A stretch of DNA of 64,000 nucleotides from a plasmid. The DNA lies in sequence record NZ_CP020429.2; one strand, written 5' to 3'. Position 1 is the stretch's first letter; each line of letters begins with the position of its first letter. A program made the position numbers and the translations under genes. Below are positions 39,267-49,849 of the stretch, piece by piece. The notes beneath the pieces were generated by a model. That model did not search any database, was not told where the DNA came from, and saw only the letters and a program-made list of their open reading frames with translations.

Positions 39267-39557
39267 ATGGCGAAAGTGTGTACTTATCTAAAGAACGACG
39301 GGCATAAGGTTCGAGTAGGGTATGTTTCACTAGCGGGTCTTGAAGCTTTGGATAACAGAGGAGTCAATACAATGAGTGAAGCTGTCCCTGGAGAAAGAGT
39401 CTGGTTAATCGTTTATGATGAAGACCGTCCCTGTAAATCCTATACGAATGAAGATATTCATTACTACAAGGAATTTGTGGATTTGTTTTCGTCACGTCTG
39501 AAACGGAGACTTTACTACGAAGCCCTGCTTAACGAACTGACAGTCCTCAAAACATGA
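39267..39557 (+). CDS. hypothetical protein
   Basis: 96-aa ORF. Confidence 0.4.
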   Translation: MAKVCTYLKNDGHKVRVGYVSLAGLEALDNRGVNTMSEAVPGERVWLIVYDEDRPCKSYTNEDIHYYKEFVDLFSSRLKRRLYYEALLNELTVLKT

Positions 39558-39610
39558 ACAGAAAAATGGTCCTAGGGGCCATTTTTTTATTTTATAAAGG
39601 AGAAAAAACA

Positions 39611-39919
39611 ATGACAAAAAGAGAAAAAGCCTTGTGGTTACAAGAGCACTACAAGAATTACTCCCTTAAATGGTACCTAGAGAATGATGCCAGATTAAAT
39701 GCGATGTTTAGAAAAGCTTATCATCGTTATATGACTGACCTCAATGCACGTGCCTCGAAAGCGCAATTGTCTCATATTGAGGACCTGGGCAAACGTATGC
39801 GAGAGGTATACGAAGATGTCTACGGTACTAATTTTGATAGCGATTGTCACTTAGACCGTGCAGAGACGAATAGAAAGGTGCAAGCTATCCGCTCTATGTG
39901 GGTAGTAGCCCCAGCCTAG
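39611..39919 (+). CDS. hypothetical protein
   Basis: conserved start region AAAGGAGAAAAAACAATGACA. Confidence 0.5.
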   Translation: MTKREKALWLQEHYKNYSLKWYLENDARLNAMFRKAYHRYMTDLNARASKAQLSHIEDLGKRMREVYEDVYGTNFDSDCHLDRAETNRKVQAIRSMWVVAPA

Positions 39920-40127
39920 GAGGAGGTCGTTATGGATAGAATCAGTATTCTGCTAGAAGCACTTCCTCGAAAAAGTACCATTTCGGTTTTGTATAAGGGG
40001 AGTGCTGCTGTTGTAGTTGCAAGAGATAACCAGGAGCGTTTGCTTTTTAAAGTAACCACAACCGCAGCAGTCGCTATGCAACTGCAGGAAAAATGGCTTG
40101 TGGTTTAACAGGTAAAGGAGAAAAACA

Positions 40128-40784
40128 ATGACAGAAACAATTACTAGGAGACAAGTTAGACATCCTAAAGACTTTGGTGATAGAGAGCTATTCAAAAGGG
40201 CTTTCACTCACTGGATTCCTTCAGAAAAGGTCGATGCCTTGTATTCTGAATTGCAAGGAGATTTTAAGAAGGTCTTTAAGAAGGTCTGTGAGTTAAGTAT
40301 CGAGGAGTTAAAACATTATGGATTAACTCAGAGAGATGCTATTGCCTTTCTTTCAATGCTTGAACTTTTCAAACGTTCAGAAGGTGAGGAAGAAAAGCCA
40401 ACTTGTGTCACTGGGACAGGATATTTTGCTCAAAGTATCCAAAAAGCCTATGGACATAAGAAACAAGAGCATCTTGTAGTGTGGTACTTAGACGTGCATT
40501 ATAACGTTATCGAGGAGCGAGTAGTTTTCATCGGTAGCGTTCATCGTAGTATGGCGTGTCCAAGAGAGATTTTTCACTATGCAGTGAAGAATTTAGCTCG
40601 CTACGTGTTGGTAGCTCATAACCATCCCTCTGGAAGTGTATATCCTTCCAGTAATGATATTAATGTCACTGAGGCCCTTGAAGATGCTGCAAAGCTCTTT
40701 GAGATGGAGGTCTTAGACCATGTTATCGTAACGAAGGATAATTACTATTCTTTTAGAGATAACGGAAGAATGCGTTGTTTCTAG
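40128..40784 (+). CDS. radC: RadC-like JAB/MPN-domain protein
   Basis: HNHPSGSVYPSSNDI JAMM motif plus upstream E...H. Confidence 0.85.
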   Translation: MTETITRRQVRHPKDFGDRELFKRAFTHWIPSEKVDALYSELQGDFKKVFKKVCELSIEELKHYGLTQRDAIAFLSMLELFKRSEGEEEKPTCVTGTGYFAQSIQKAYGHKKQEHLVVWYLDVHYNVIEERVVFIGSVHRSMACPREIFHYAVKNLARYVLVAHNHPSGSVYPSSNDINVTEALEDAAKLFEMEVLDHVIVTKDNYYSFRDNGRMRCF

Positions 40785-40799
40785 GAAAGGAGAAAAAGA

Positions 40800-41288
40800 A
40801 TGGGAAATATTTCTGATGCCTTTGGAAAGGTAACTATTTCCGCACCAACATTTTCAGATATTGAGGTGCTTGTGGCTACTCATAGGGTAATCAATACCAA
40901 AGCTTGGAGACCTACGACTATAGAAGGTCATCCAAGAAAAGCAGATTGTATCACAACTGAAGAAGGAGTTGTCTCAGCGACACTTCCTTTTACAGCTTGT
41001 GGGAACTGGAATATTCGAGAGAATATCGATAGCTTTTTGACTAACATCTTAAAGCAAGATAGCACTCTTAGTGATATCCCGGTGTCAGCCACATTTGATT
41101 ATGTAGATGCAGAGTCTGGCGTAAACTTTATTTATAAAGCAACCGTTATGACTCGCAATGTCCCTGGTAAAGGGATAACCACTAAACTCTTAACAGATGA
41201 AGACCTTGGAGATTACTCAGAGTCTTATCTAAAAGAGTTAGAGGAAGCCTATGACCAAGAGCTTGCTTTAGGCCGACTGTCTATCTAA
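40800..41288 (+). CDS. hypothetical protein
   Basis: ORF with RBS aaggagaaaaag. Confidence 0.5.
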   Translation: MGNISDAFGKVTISAPTFSDIEVLVATHRVINTKAWRPTTIEGHPRKADCITTEEGVVSATLPFTACGNWNIRENIDSFLTNILKQDSTLSDIPVSATFDYVDAESGVNFIYKATVMTRNVPGKGITTKLLTDEDLGDYSESYLKELEEAYDQELALGRLSI

Positions 41289-41339
41289 AAATGGTGTTAT
41301 AATAGGTATAAAGAAAAAGATGTAGCGAGGAGACAAAGC

Positions 41340-41789
41340 ATGAAAGAGACCTTCTTTTGGACCTTTAGTTCAGATGCGATTTCGACCTTATCTGATTTGA
41401 CGTCAGAAGGGTTTGAAGTTGATTGGACGGTAAGGAGTTCATCTGATGCTATGACCAGTGGTTTTGTGATTCAAGGGGAGGTTTCTGGAATGATTGAGTT
41501 CACTCCTGAGCCTAGAGATGCTTACACCTTTGTTCATAAGTTAGAGGTTCGTATGGATAAGAAAAATCAAGGGATAGCAGGGCTTTTGTTGGCACATGTT
41601 GCCCAAGATGCTTTCAATCGTGGTTTCGAGGGGGTCATGATCTGTCTTTCAAAGACTGCTCTTTTAGATTACTACGTGCGTCGCTATGGTTGCAGTCGTA
41701 TTGCAAATACAAACCGTGTGATGTTTCATACGGCAGCATGCCAGTTGCTCATTGACCGCTTTTTGAAGGAAGGAGTAGACAAACCATGA
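41340..41789 (+). CDS. hypothetical protein (possible GNAT-like fold)
   Basis: ORF; weak acetyltransferase-like segment GIAGLLLAHVAQDAFNRG. Confidence 0.4.
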   Translation: MKETFFWTFSSDAISTLSDLTSEGFEVDWTVRSSSDAMTSGFVIQGEVSGMIEFTPEPRDAYTFVHKLEVRMDKKNQGIAGLLLAHVAQDAFNRGFEGVMICLSKTALLDYYVRRYGCSRIANTNRVMFHTAACQLLIDRFLKEGVDKP

Positions 41790-42083
41790 GGATAGTAGAA
41801 CAATTTAAGGCCGATTGGGAGTCTTTAGGTTTACCAGAAAAACCATACAAGACACCAGAGGAGATTGAAATGATCAAGAATGGGAATCTTGTGTGGGCTG
41901 CGCGTGTTGAAGAGAACTTGGGGCGTAAGTTAAGCCCACGAGAACTTGATGAGATGCAGTGGTAAGCCACGTCTATAAATAGTATATCGTGTAAGATACA
42001 TCGTATATTGGATATATAAGAGAAAGAGGAAGGTAGTAACTCTAGGTTACACCTCCTCTTTTTTCTATGGAGGAGAAAAAACA

Positions 42084-42650
42084 ATGACAACATTATCAAC
42101 AAATTTACTAGGAAGAAAACTATTTGCTCATATTTCCTCTGATAAAGAGGTTAATGATTCATTTTCAGGAATGACCTTGCGTCAATTTTTGAACGAGACT
42201 GGGAATAGCCATCTTTTTATCAAGAAGGATGGAATGGTTGCTATCAATACCTTGTTAGAACAAAGTGGGTTAATGCCTATTTCTTGTGATGAGGCATTGG
42301 TGGCAATGGAAGACTTAAAGATGACTAGTTTAGGGTCACAATTTGGGTTTTTCATTAAACCAACTCAATATAAACGTCAAAATCCAGAAGTTTTGGTACG
42401 TTTGGGAAACAATCGTAAGGTTGTGTTCCATCGCTATTACTTTGGTAATGGCTACATGGCTAACCTGGTATATCAGGTAGAAGATGACCAGATTGAGTTC
42501 TGCCAGTCTTCTGTCTTTAAGAGTTGGGACAATGGTGAGTATCATCTTACTTACTATACGCCAGTAACAGAAGATGTTGAAGACATCAACACGCGCAAGG
42601 AGCTGCTTTCTTTCTTACGTCGTGTCGAGGAGCTTCCTTCTGTTAAGTAG
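42084..42650 (+). CDS. hypothetical protein
   Basis: conserved start region GGAGAAAAAACAATGACA. Confidence 0.5.
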   Translation: MTTLSTNLLGRKLFAHISSDKEVNDSFSGMTLRQFLNETGNSHLFIKKDGMVAINTLLEQSGLMPISCDEALVAMEDLKMTSLGSQFGFFIKPTQYKRQNPEVLVRLGNNRKVVFHRYYFGNGYMANLVYQVEDDQIEFCQSSVFKSWDNGEYHLTYYTPVTEDVEDINTRKELLSFLRRVEELPSVK

Positions 42651-42695
42651 AGAAGTTATGGTAGTCCAGTTTCTAAAATAAAAAGGAGAAAAACA

Positions 42696-43052
42696 ATGAC
42701 AAAAAAACATATCTATATTTATAAAAACAAAAAAACTCAAGAGGTCTTTGCGGATCTTTTTGCCAAAGACCTTCTTGAAGGCGTTACAACTTTCCCTCAG
42801 ATTGATAACGCTCAATCCTATTCATTCTTGGAACTCTCTTGTCTTTATCTCAAGAGAATTCTGGAAATGAAGGAGCGTAAGGTTCAAACCCTATTCGTTG
42901 AGGGAAAACCCGAACCAGCACTCGCTTCAGCATTGTTACAAGCACGTGCTATGGGGCTGAATGTTGTCATCAAATTGAAGACAACTGAAAGCAATAGCGA
43001 GACACAAGAAGAGTTCAAGGAGCTCGGTCTTGACGATGTTGTAATGGCTTGA
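42696..43052 (+). CDS. hypothetical protein
   Basis: conserved start region AAGGAGAAAAACAATGACA. Confidence 0.5.
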   Translation: MTKKHIYIYKNKKTQEVFADLFAKDLLEGVTTFPQIDNAQSYSFLELSCLYLKRILEMKERKVQTLFVEGKPEPALASALLQARAMGLNVVIKLKTTESNSETQEEFKELGLDDVVMA

Positions 43053-43075
43053 CCTGAATAAAAAAGGAGAAAACA

Positions 43076-43699
43076 ATGACAATCACTCAAGGACTCTATT
43101 ATATTGAAAAGGTTCACCAATATAATAGTAATATTGCTGGATTTCCGTCAGACCTAATTGATGACCGGATTGCGTCGATTATTGATAGCAACAAGTCGGA
43201 TATGCAACAAAGTTTGCTATGCCGACCAGTTAGGAACGTGGTCTTGAATCGAGAGGGAGTATCTAACCTTCCTCCGATTGAGATCCCGTTTGAATCTTCA
43301 CTTTATTATGAAGTTGAGGAAATCAATCCTGGTCTATCAAAGTTGATTATTACCACAGAGCATGCAGAAGCTTTTCAAGAAGCTGATATACACATGTTGG
43401 AAACTCGCTTGATTATGTTACAGCGAGCAAAAGAATGTGGAAATTTTACGACAAGTAATTTTCCGAGTCGTTTTCCAAAAGAAGCAAGAGATGATTTAAG
43501 TCAATTAGATCTTCTAGCTTGGGGAACAAAAGATATGCCAACCTATCTTTTCTGTCTGATGGAATCTGCATTAGACAGTTACCGAGGATTTTATTCCTTG
43601 AGAGACCTAATGGAGGATGCTAACGGTACCCTTCAGCAAGGTTACGATAAAGCTGTGTATTGGCTCTATAGTGGAGTCAAAGGTCAGTACGAATATTAA
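43076..43699 (+). CDS. hypothetical protein
   Basis: conserved start region AAGGAGAAAACAATGACA. Confidence 0.5.
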   Translation: MTITQGLYYIEKVHQYNSNIAGFPSDLIDDRIASIIDSNKSDMQQSLLCRPVRNVVLNREGVSNLPPIEIPFESSLYYEVEEINPGLSKLIITTEHAEAFQEADIHMLETRLIMLQRAKECGNFTTSNFPSRFPKEARDDLSQLDLLAWGTKDMPTYLFCLMESALDSYRGFYSLRDLMEDANGTLQQGYDKAVYWLYSGVKGQYEY

Positions 43700-44074
43700 A
43701 GGAGAAAGATAATGACTAAACATAGTTATACAGCAACATTTAAGCGTAAAGACGAAACAGTCTTTACAAAAAGGTTTCTAGCTTCAGATTTGTTTGAAGC
43801 TGATGAGCATGCACTACAGTATGCGACTAAGCGAGACATTCTCTATCTCGACTTAGGGCCTGCAGTTCAGTAGAAAGGTAAGCTACGTATTTTATACGTG
43901 GCTTTTTTAAAAGGGTTATACGGTCTACTGGTTTTTATTGCTTGCCAAAAACTCGTGCTCTGGTGGATCCTTATTGAAGGAATTAAACCCGAAATAGTTG
44001 ATAAAAAAGAAATAAAATGCTAACATTTAATAAAAGTGTTAGCATTTTATTTCTTACGAAAGGATAGTGCTATT

Positions 44075-44665
44075 ATGAATAATATTGAAATGATTATGGC
44101 TTCTTTTCAACAACATCAAGGATTTTTGACCTTTCAACAAGTACTTGAAGAGAAATTACCTTACAAAATATTGCTGAGAATGATTGATGAGGGACAAGTA
44201 GAGATTGAAGGAAAGGGGTTATATCGCCTCCCTGATACTTATCTGGACGAATGGTTTGTGGCGCAGCAACGTTTTTCAAAAGGAATTTTTTCTTTAGAAA
44301 CAGCTCTTTGGTTACATGGATTATCACTAACAGTTCCCTTTGAGATGACGATGAGCTTTCCTTATGGAACCAATACAAAAAATGTTAAATCAGAAGGTAT
44401 ACGTCCGTTAGTTCTTCGTTCTTATTATGATGAAGGAATTATTGAGCTTGAGCGACAAGTGGGGCAGAAGATTAAGGTTTACGAGCCGGAGAGAGTTTTA
44501 GCAGAATGTTTGAGACCAGTTTATCAAGTTGATGTTCAAGTTATAGCTCCTGCATTTAAGATGTATTTTCAAAATCACAAAGTTAACTCTTCAAAACTGT
44601 TTCACTATGCACAGTTATTCAAGGTGACTAATAAGTTGCAATCTTACATGGAGGTATTAACCTAA
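44075..44665 (+). CDS. AbiEi-family antitoxin/transcriptional regulator
   Basis: N-terminal winged-helix, typical pairing and overlap (ATGs 44665) with AbiEii gene. Confidence 0.65.
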   Translation: MNNIEMIMASFQQHQGFLTFQQVLEEKLPYKILLRMIDEGQVEIEGKGLYRLPDTYLDEWFVAQQRFSKGIFSLETALWLHGLSLTVPFEMTMSFPYGTNTKNVKSEGIRPLVLRSYYDEGIIELERQVGQKIKVYEPERVLAECLRPVYQVDVQVIAPAFKMYFQNHKVNSSKLFHYAQLFKVTNKLQSYMEVLT

Positions 44666-45501
44666 TGTTTTCCAATGCAAATAGCTTTAAGGCAAAGATT
44701 AAGAATATGGCTAAGGATAGAGGTATTCCTGCCCAGCAGCTTCAGCAAAACTTCCTGATTGAACAGGTATTGAAATTGATTGCTAAAAGTTCCTATAAGG
44801 ATTCTTTCATTGTTAAAGGCGGTTATCTAATAGGACAGTTGATAGGACTTGATAAGCGAACGACAATGGATTTAGATGTGACGCTTAAAGGGACTACACT
44901 TAGTCAAGAAAATCTGGTTACCATCTTTGAAGAGATTCTTTCGGATTCGGACGATGTCTTTTCATTTGAAGTAGATAAACTAGAGCCGATTCGCCAAGAT
45001 GACGAATACGGGGGATTTTCTCTAAAACTCAATGCTACATTTGATACTTTAAGAGAGGTTGTTTTCATCGACATTACAACGGGTGATAAGATTACACCTA
45101 GAGAAATTACTTATTCGATGTCATCCCTATTAGCAAATGAAACCATTGAGGTTTGGACTTATAATTTGGAAACTGTTCTAGCTGAAAAATTGGAAACGAT
45201 CATTAGCCGAGGAGTAGCATCAACACGTCCTCGTGATCGTTATGACCTTTTTACCTTGTACCATACCAGAAAAGATGAGATAGATTTCGATGTGTTGCGT
45301 AAAGCTCTGGCCAATACTGTAGAAAAACGAGGAAGTAAAGAGGCTATTGATATTTGGGAAAGTCAGCTAAATAGTATTGAAACTGATGAGTATCAAAAGC
45401 AACTTTGGACACGTTATCAAAGACAATTCAAATATGCACAAGATATTTCTTTTGAGAAATCAGTTCAGATTGTTAAAGAACTCATGACAACTATTATGTA
45501 A
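44665..45501 (+). CDS. AbiEii/AbiGii-family nucleotidyltransferase toxin (DUF1814)
   Basis: FIVKGGYLIGQ...DLDV nucleotidyltransferase motifs. Confidence 0.7.
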   Translation: MFSNANSFKAKIKNMAKDRGIPAQQLQQNFLIEQVLKLIAKSSYKDSFIVKGGYLIGQLIGLDKRTTMDLDVTLKGTTLSQENLVTIFEEILSDSDDVFSFEVDKLEPIRQDDEYGGFSLKLNATFDTLREVVFIDITTGDKITPREITYSMSSLLANETIEVWTYNLETVLAEKLETIISRGVASTRPRDRYDLFTLYHTRKDEIDFDVLRKALANTVEKRGSKEAIDIWESQLNSIETDEYQKQLWTRYQRQFKYAQDISFEKSVQIVKELMTTIM

Positions 45502-46025
45502 TATAAAACGGTTCATTACCATATATTGGGTAGTGAACCGTTTTTTGTCTCTAATCCTTCTGGTAAAAGGAACATTCATATCCATTCGCTCGAAGGTTGC
45601 TATCAGGCATCCAGTTAGGTGCTATACCCATTAGACTTGCTATATCTTCAAGGCTTTGGTCTTTATCACACTCAATGAAGACTTCATCATTAAGGAGTTG
45701 CTATGTATTGGTGGTAGTGTAAAATAAGTTGTGTAAACACAAAATAATTGACAGTATATTTTTGGTTGAAAAGTCTTTACAAATATGGTAAAATAGCTTT
45801 AGAAACGATAATATTGTTATTCATGGGGATATCTCACCATGATAATGGAACGTCGTGGAATATCAACATGACGTTTTAACGCAAGGGGGAAAACTCTTGC
45901 GTTTTTTGTTTTGAAAGTCTGTTATAGTTAAATAGACAAAATGTATTTAATAAAGAGTGTCCCCCAACCCAAGATTAATGTGATGATATTTATGTGTTAA
46001 AAAATTAAGCTAGGAAGTTAAGAAT

Positions 46026-46523
46026 ATGGAAATCAAAAATCACTTTGGCGTCTATGGAGTTTGTCTTCAAGAGGGGAAACTGCTCTGCATTGAAAAAACA
46101 AGAGGACCTTATCAGCATCGTTTTGATTTACCTGGTGGTAGTCAAGAACCAGGTGAGGGCCTGACAGAAACTCTCAAGAGAGAAGTTCTGGAAGAGACGG
46201 GCTATATGCTTAGCGATTATTCAAACCCTAGAATCTATGATGTGCTGGTTCAAGAAGATGGGCAAGACTTTGTCGTACACCATATCATGGCCTTTTATGA
46301 TATAGTACTTGACTTGGAACACTCTCAAAAATCCCTTCCTCATGAAGTTCTTGATGGAAGCAATGATTCAGCAAATGCCATTTGGCTTCCGATCGAGCAG
46401 ATTACCGAAGAAACTGCCTCACCCATAGTATTGAAGGTGAAGGCAGAGTTACTAGGATTTCCAGAATTAGAACTGACAAGCTATAGAAATTGGAAGGTAA
46501 AAGAAAAGAAGGAGCAATCATGA
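46026..46523 (+). CDS. NUDIX hydrolase
   Basis: Nudix box GGSQEPGEGLTETLKREVLEETG. Confidence 0.8.
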   Translation: MEIKNHFGVYGVCLQEGKLLCIEKTRGPYQHRFDLPGGSQEPGEGLTETLKREVLEETGYMLSDYSNPRIYDVLVQEDGQDFVVHHIMAFYDIVLDLEHSQKSLPHEVLDGSNDSANAIWLPIEQITEETASPIVLKVKAELLGFPELELTSYRNWKVKEKKEQS

Positions 46524-46960
46524 CACCGCAAGAAATGTGGAATGCCTACAAGCAAATCACCCCCTCTATTGGAGATGAGATAGACGCCTGGGCTTTTGGT
46601 GTGGAACCAGACCTTTTAGCGGATTTGGTGTTTACAGGTGAAAAAACAGCAACTGCCTCAGCCTGCGACCTCTATGCAGTAGGGGACGAACCCCTTCCAC
46701 AAGAAGGAACCTTTGATGTGATTTTAGACAGCCAACATCAAGCTATCTGCATTGTCGAAATCACCAAGGTTTCTGTTCAGCCTTTCAATCAAGTGTCAGA
46801 CGACCATGCCTTTAAGGAAGGGGAAGGAGATAAGTCCCTTGCCTATTGGTGGCAGGTTCACGAGGAATTCTTCACGAAGTGGCTGGAGAAAGCGGGCCTG
46901 ACTTTTACACCTGACAGCAAGGTTGTTTTAGAAGAATTTCGCAAGGTTTATCCATTATAG
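46520..46960 (+). CDS. ASCH-domain protein
   Basis: small beta-barrel-like ORF overlapping NUDIX stop; motif read by eye. Confidence 0.4.
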   Translation: MTPQEMWNAYKQITPSIGDEIDAWAFGVEPDLLADLVFTGEKTATASACDLYAVGDEPLPQEGTFDVILDSQHQAICIVEITKVSVQPFNQVSDDHAFKEGEGDKSLAYWWQVHEEFFTKWLEKAGLTFTPDSKVVLEEFRKVYPL

Positions 46961-47112
46961 AACATGAGAGTGGGACAGTTGAGTAGGGCTGTAAAAGCTG
47001 ATGCAATCAGCGTAGTAGAGCCCACTCAACCACTGCGTCTTGCTCGGCAATCCAAGGACAATTGAGAGGCTAGGACTTTTGTCCCGCCCTCTTTTTAAAG
47101 GGGATATTCGAG

Positions 47113-47373
47113 ATGCGTTTTAATTCTAAAAGTGAAAGAAATTTGGCTTTTGAACAGGCTCTTTTGAGATATGATATCATAAAAAAAGGGCTACTTAAGA
47201 TTTCGAAAGAAGAGCTGTCATCGGCACAAGAGACAACTTTAGAAGAGTTAGATGAAATGTCTGGAGTTGTTAAGCAACTAACGTGTGGGGAAGCAGTTGC
47301 AGATTTAATTGCCTATGCTTTCCTAGATGATATGGAGTTAAATTGGGATTTTTCCCAAGCTAGTGACTCCTAA
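47113..47373 (+). CDS. hypothetical protein
   Basis: 86-aa ORF. Confidence 0.3.
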   Translation: MRFNSKSERNLAFEQALLRYDIIKKGLLKISKEELSSAQETTLEELDEMSGVVKQLTCGEAVADLIAYAFLDDMELNWDFSQASDS

Positions 47374-47484
47374 TAGTAGAAATTAAAAAGGCGCTTAAAG
47401 TTTTTTAACTTTGAGTGCCTTTTTTTGTTACTTTTTGGTATATTTTACGAATAGATATATTGTAGAAAATAGGAGGTATATAAA

Positions 47485-47670
47485 ATGATGACTTATGATG
47501 AAGTAATGGAAGCGATAGAAAGAGGGTTTATCAAGGGAGATAAAATCAGCATTATTCGACGAAATGGCAAGATCCATGATTATGTTTTACCAGGAGAGAA
47601 AGTAGAACCTGGAGAAATAGTGGAAAAAGAGGACTTAGATGTTGTTCTTGAAGAGTTGAAGGAGTTCTAA
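47485..47670 (+). CDS. small hypothetical protein
   Basis: RBS aggagg; 61 aa. Confidence 0.4.
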   Translation: MMTYDEVMEAIERGFIKGDKISIIRRNGKIHDYVLPGEKVEPGEIVEKEDLDVVLEELKEF

Positions 47671-47769
47671 AATGATGCAGCTTTTAAGTAAGATGATTCT
47701 TATGGTCTCGCAAAAGGGATACAAGAGTGATATAATAGCCTCAATTATTTAAAATGGAATGACTGGGTA

Positions 47770-49134
47770 CTATAAGGTAGGTGACTCAATAGGAAGGATA
47801 ATTTCTGTTTGAAAATATTCTCCTTGTTCACTTGTGATAATCATACTACCTCCATGTAAATCAACAATTTGGTTAGAAATTTTTAGTCCCATACCACTTC
47901 TGCGAACCCCAGAAATATCAAAATTAAATTCCTCAATTTTATTAATATTTTTAAGTATATCTGTAGAAGTTCCAATTCCATTATCACGTATAATAACTGA
48001 AAATTTATTACGGGAAATATAGTTAAGGACAATCTGAATATTACAACCAGAAGGGTTATGCAATACAGAATTATAAATGAGATTGTGAATAACTCTAGAC
48101 ATCAAAGATTTTTCAATGTACATTTTTTTACCCAGCAATTTATTATCAGGAATAAACTCAAAATTAAAATCATTCCAAATCTCTTGATTAATAATTTGTA
48201 TGATTATTTCCTTAAAGAAGGGTATAATGTCTGTTATTTCTTGATTTAATTTTAAATTACTGTTTGTTAGTCTAGCGAATATGTTGAGATCGTTTAGCAA
48301 ATTTTGAATATAGTGACTCTCAACCAGCGTAGGTTTCAAATTTTTTAATAGGTCATCATTGTCTGTTTTTTCAATAGCTAATGATGTATTAGCCACGATA
48401 ACTGAGAGTGGGGTTTTGATGTCATGAGCTATTCCAGAAATCCAATTCTCTTTGAATTCTTCATTTTTACGTAGTTTTTTGTTAGCAGAGTTAACCGCTA
48501 AAGTTAATCTATTTAATTCTTGAACAGAGTTTACCTGTTTGTTTAAACCGACAGGTAATTTACCTATTGCGTTAATAATTGGCTGGATGTTGCGATTTAA
48601 GAAAGTAACACTATAAAGGTATAGGAATAGGCAAAATAGGCAGTTAACAAATATGATAACTAAAATTAAAATCGGAAAAATTTGAATTCTTTTTAGATCA
48701 AAGAAATTATTTCCGTATCTAATGATACTTTCTTTTGGAAATGCAATTATATAAATATCTTTTTGTTCTTTTTTTATTTGAGTGAATATTGGATAGTCAT
48801 CTAAATAATAACGTGAAAACTTAATGACATCGGCATAATCAAATTGTGTTTTTATATTTTTAGGTTTTTTGATATTAAACTTTTCATTTCCACTTTTTTG
48901 ATCAAGAATCATGACCCATAAGTTGTGCTTTTTAATCAGTTTTTTTGCAGTTTGATTAACTTTATATGTTCCATTTGATGGGGTGATGTTCGAAGATACA
49001 CCTTGTATGATATCTATAGGAGATTGTTGGCTACGGATAAAGTTGGTTGTAGCTACTAATAGAACAAAATCGATTAATATTATGGTAAGAAAGGCGAGAA
49101 TAAATTTTAATATACCTTTTTTGAAAATATTCAT
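47770..49134 (-). CDS. sensor histidine kinase (LanK/NisK-like)
   Basis: 2 TM, HisKA ISGIAHDIKTPL, HATPase IRDNGIGTS...GMGLKIS. Confidence 0.8.
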   Translation of the reverse strand: MNIFKKGILKFILAFLTIILIDFVLLVATTNFIRSQQSPIDIIQGVSSNITPSNGTYKVNQTAKKLIKKHNLWVMILDQKSGNEKFNIKKPKNIKTQFDYADVIKFSRYYLDDYPIFTQIKKEQKDIYIIAFPKESIIRYGNNFFDLKRIQIFPILILVIIFVNCLFCLFLYLYSVTFLNRNIQPIINAIGKLPVGLNKQVNSVQELNRLTLAVNSANKKLRKNEEFKENWISGIAHDIKTPLSVIVANTSLAIEKTDNDDLLKNLKPTLVESHYIQNLLNDLNIFARLTNSNLKLNQEITDIIPFFKEIIIQIINQEIWNDFNFEFIPDNKLLGKKMYIEKSLMSRVIHNLIYNSVLHNPSGCNIQIVLNYISRNKFSVIIRDNGIGTSTDILKNINKIEEFNFDISGVRRSGMGLKISNQIVDLHGGSMIITSEQGEYFQTEIILPIESPTL

Positions 49135-49150
49135 AGAAGACTCCGTAAAT

Positions 49151-49849
49151 TCAGATAACTAACTTATAACCCAGCCCTTTGACTGTAATGAGATGATGTG
49201 GTTTTGATGGGGATAATTCTATCTTCTCTCTTATATTACGAATATGTACCATTAAGGATTTTTCATACCCGAAACTATCTATTCCCCAAATAGTATCGCA
49301 GATTGCTTCTGTTGACACAATATAGTTTTTATTGGTATATAGTTTTCTTAGAATCTGTATTTCAGTTGGAGTTAGTGATAAATGCTGTTCCTCTTTTTTT
49401 ACACTAGCATTATTTAAATCAATGATACAAGAAGTTAAAGTTATTAATTCTGATTCTCCTTTATATGCTCTCCTCAGTAAAGCAATTATACGATAGATTA
49501 AAGTTTTAGGAAGAAATGGTTTTGTGACAAAGTCATCACCACCTGAATCTAATCCTTTAACTTCATCATCTGGATTATTTTTGGCTGTTAAAAATAAAAT
49601 TGGTATATCAGAAGTTTCTCTGATGTACTGAGCAAGTAGATAACCTTCTCCATCAGGCAACATTACGTCTAGGATAATGAGGTCTATTTTAGAAATAGAA
49701 AAAATATCTATTCCTTCGCTAATACTGTAAGCATTACTAATATTCTTAAAGCCCCTGCTCACCAAAACTTCTTTAATAGATTTACTAAGTGAAACATCAT
49801 CGTCTACTATTAATATCCGTTTGTTTAATAGCTGCGCTTCGAAATTCAT
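49151..49849 (-). CDS. OmpR-family response regulator (LanR-like)
   Basis: receiver ILIVDDD..., winged helix C-terminus. Confidence 0.85.
   Translation of the reverse strand: MNFEAQLLNKRILIVDDDVSLSKSIKEVLVSRGFKNISNAYSISEGIDIFSISKIDLIILDVMLPDGEGYLLAQYIRETSDIPILFLTAKNNPDDEVKGLDSGGDDFVTKPFLPKTLIYRIIALLRRAYKGESELITLTSCIIDLNNASVKKEEQHLSLTPTEIQILRKLYTNKNYIVSTEAICDTIWGIDSFGYEKSLMVHIRNIREKIELSPSKPHHLITVKGLGYKLVI

Noticed and set aside
36200-45501. Considered calling 36-45 kb a prophage
   Set aside because: No terminase, portal, capsid, tail, holin or lysin genes are present. I called only a recombination or leading-region-like module.
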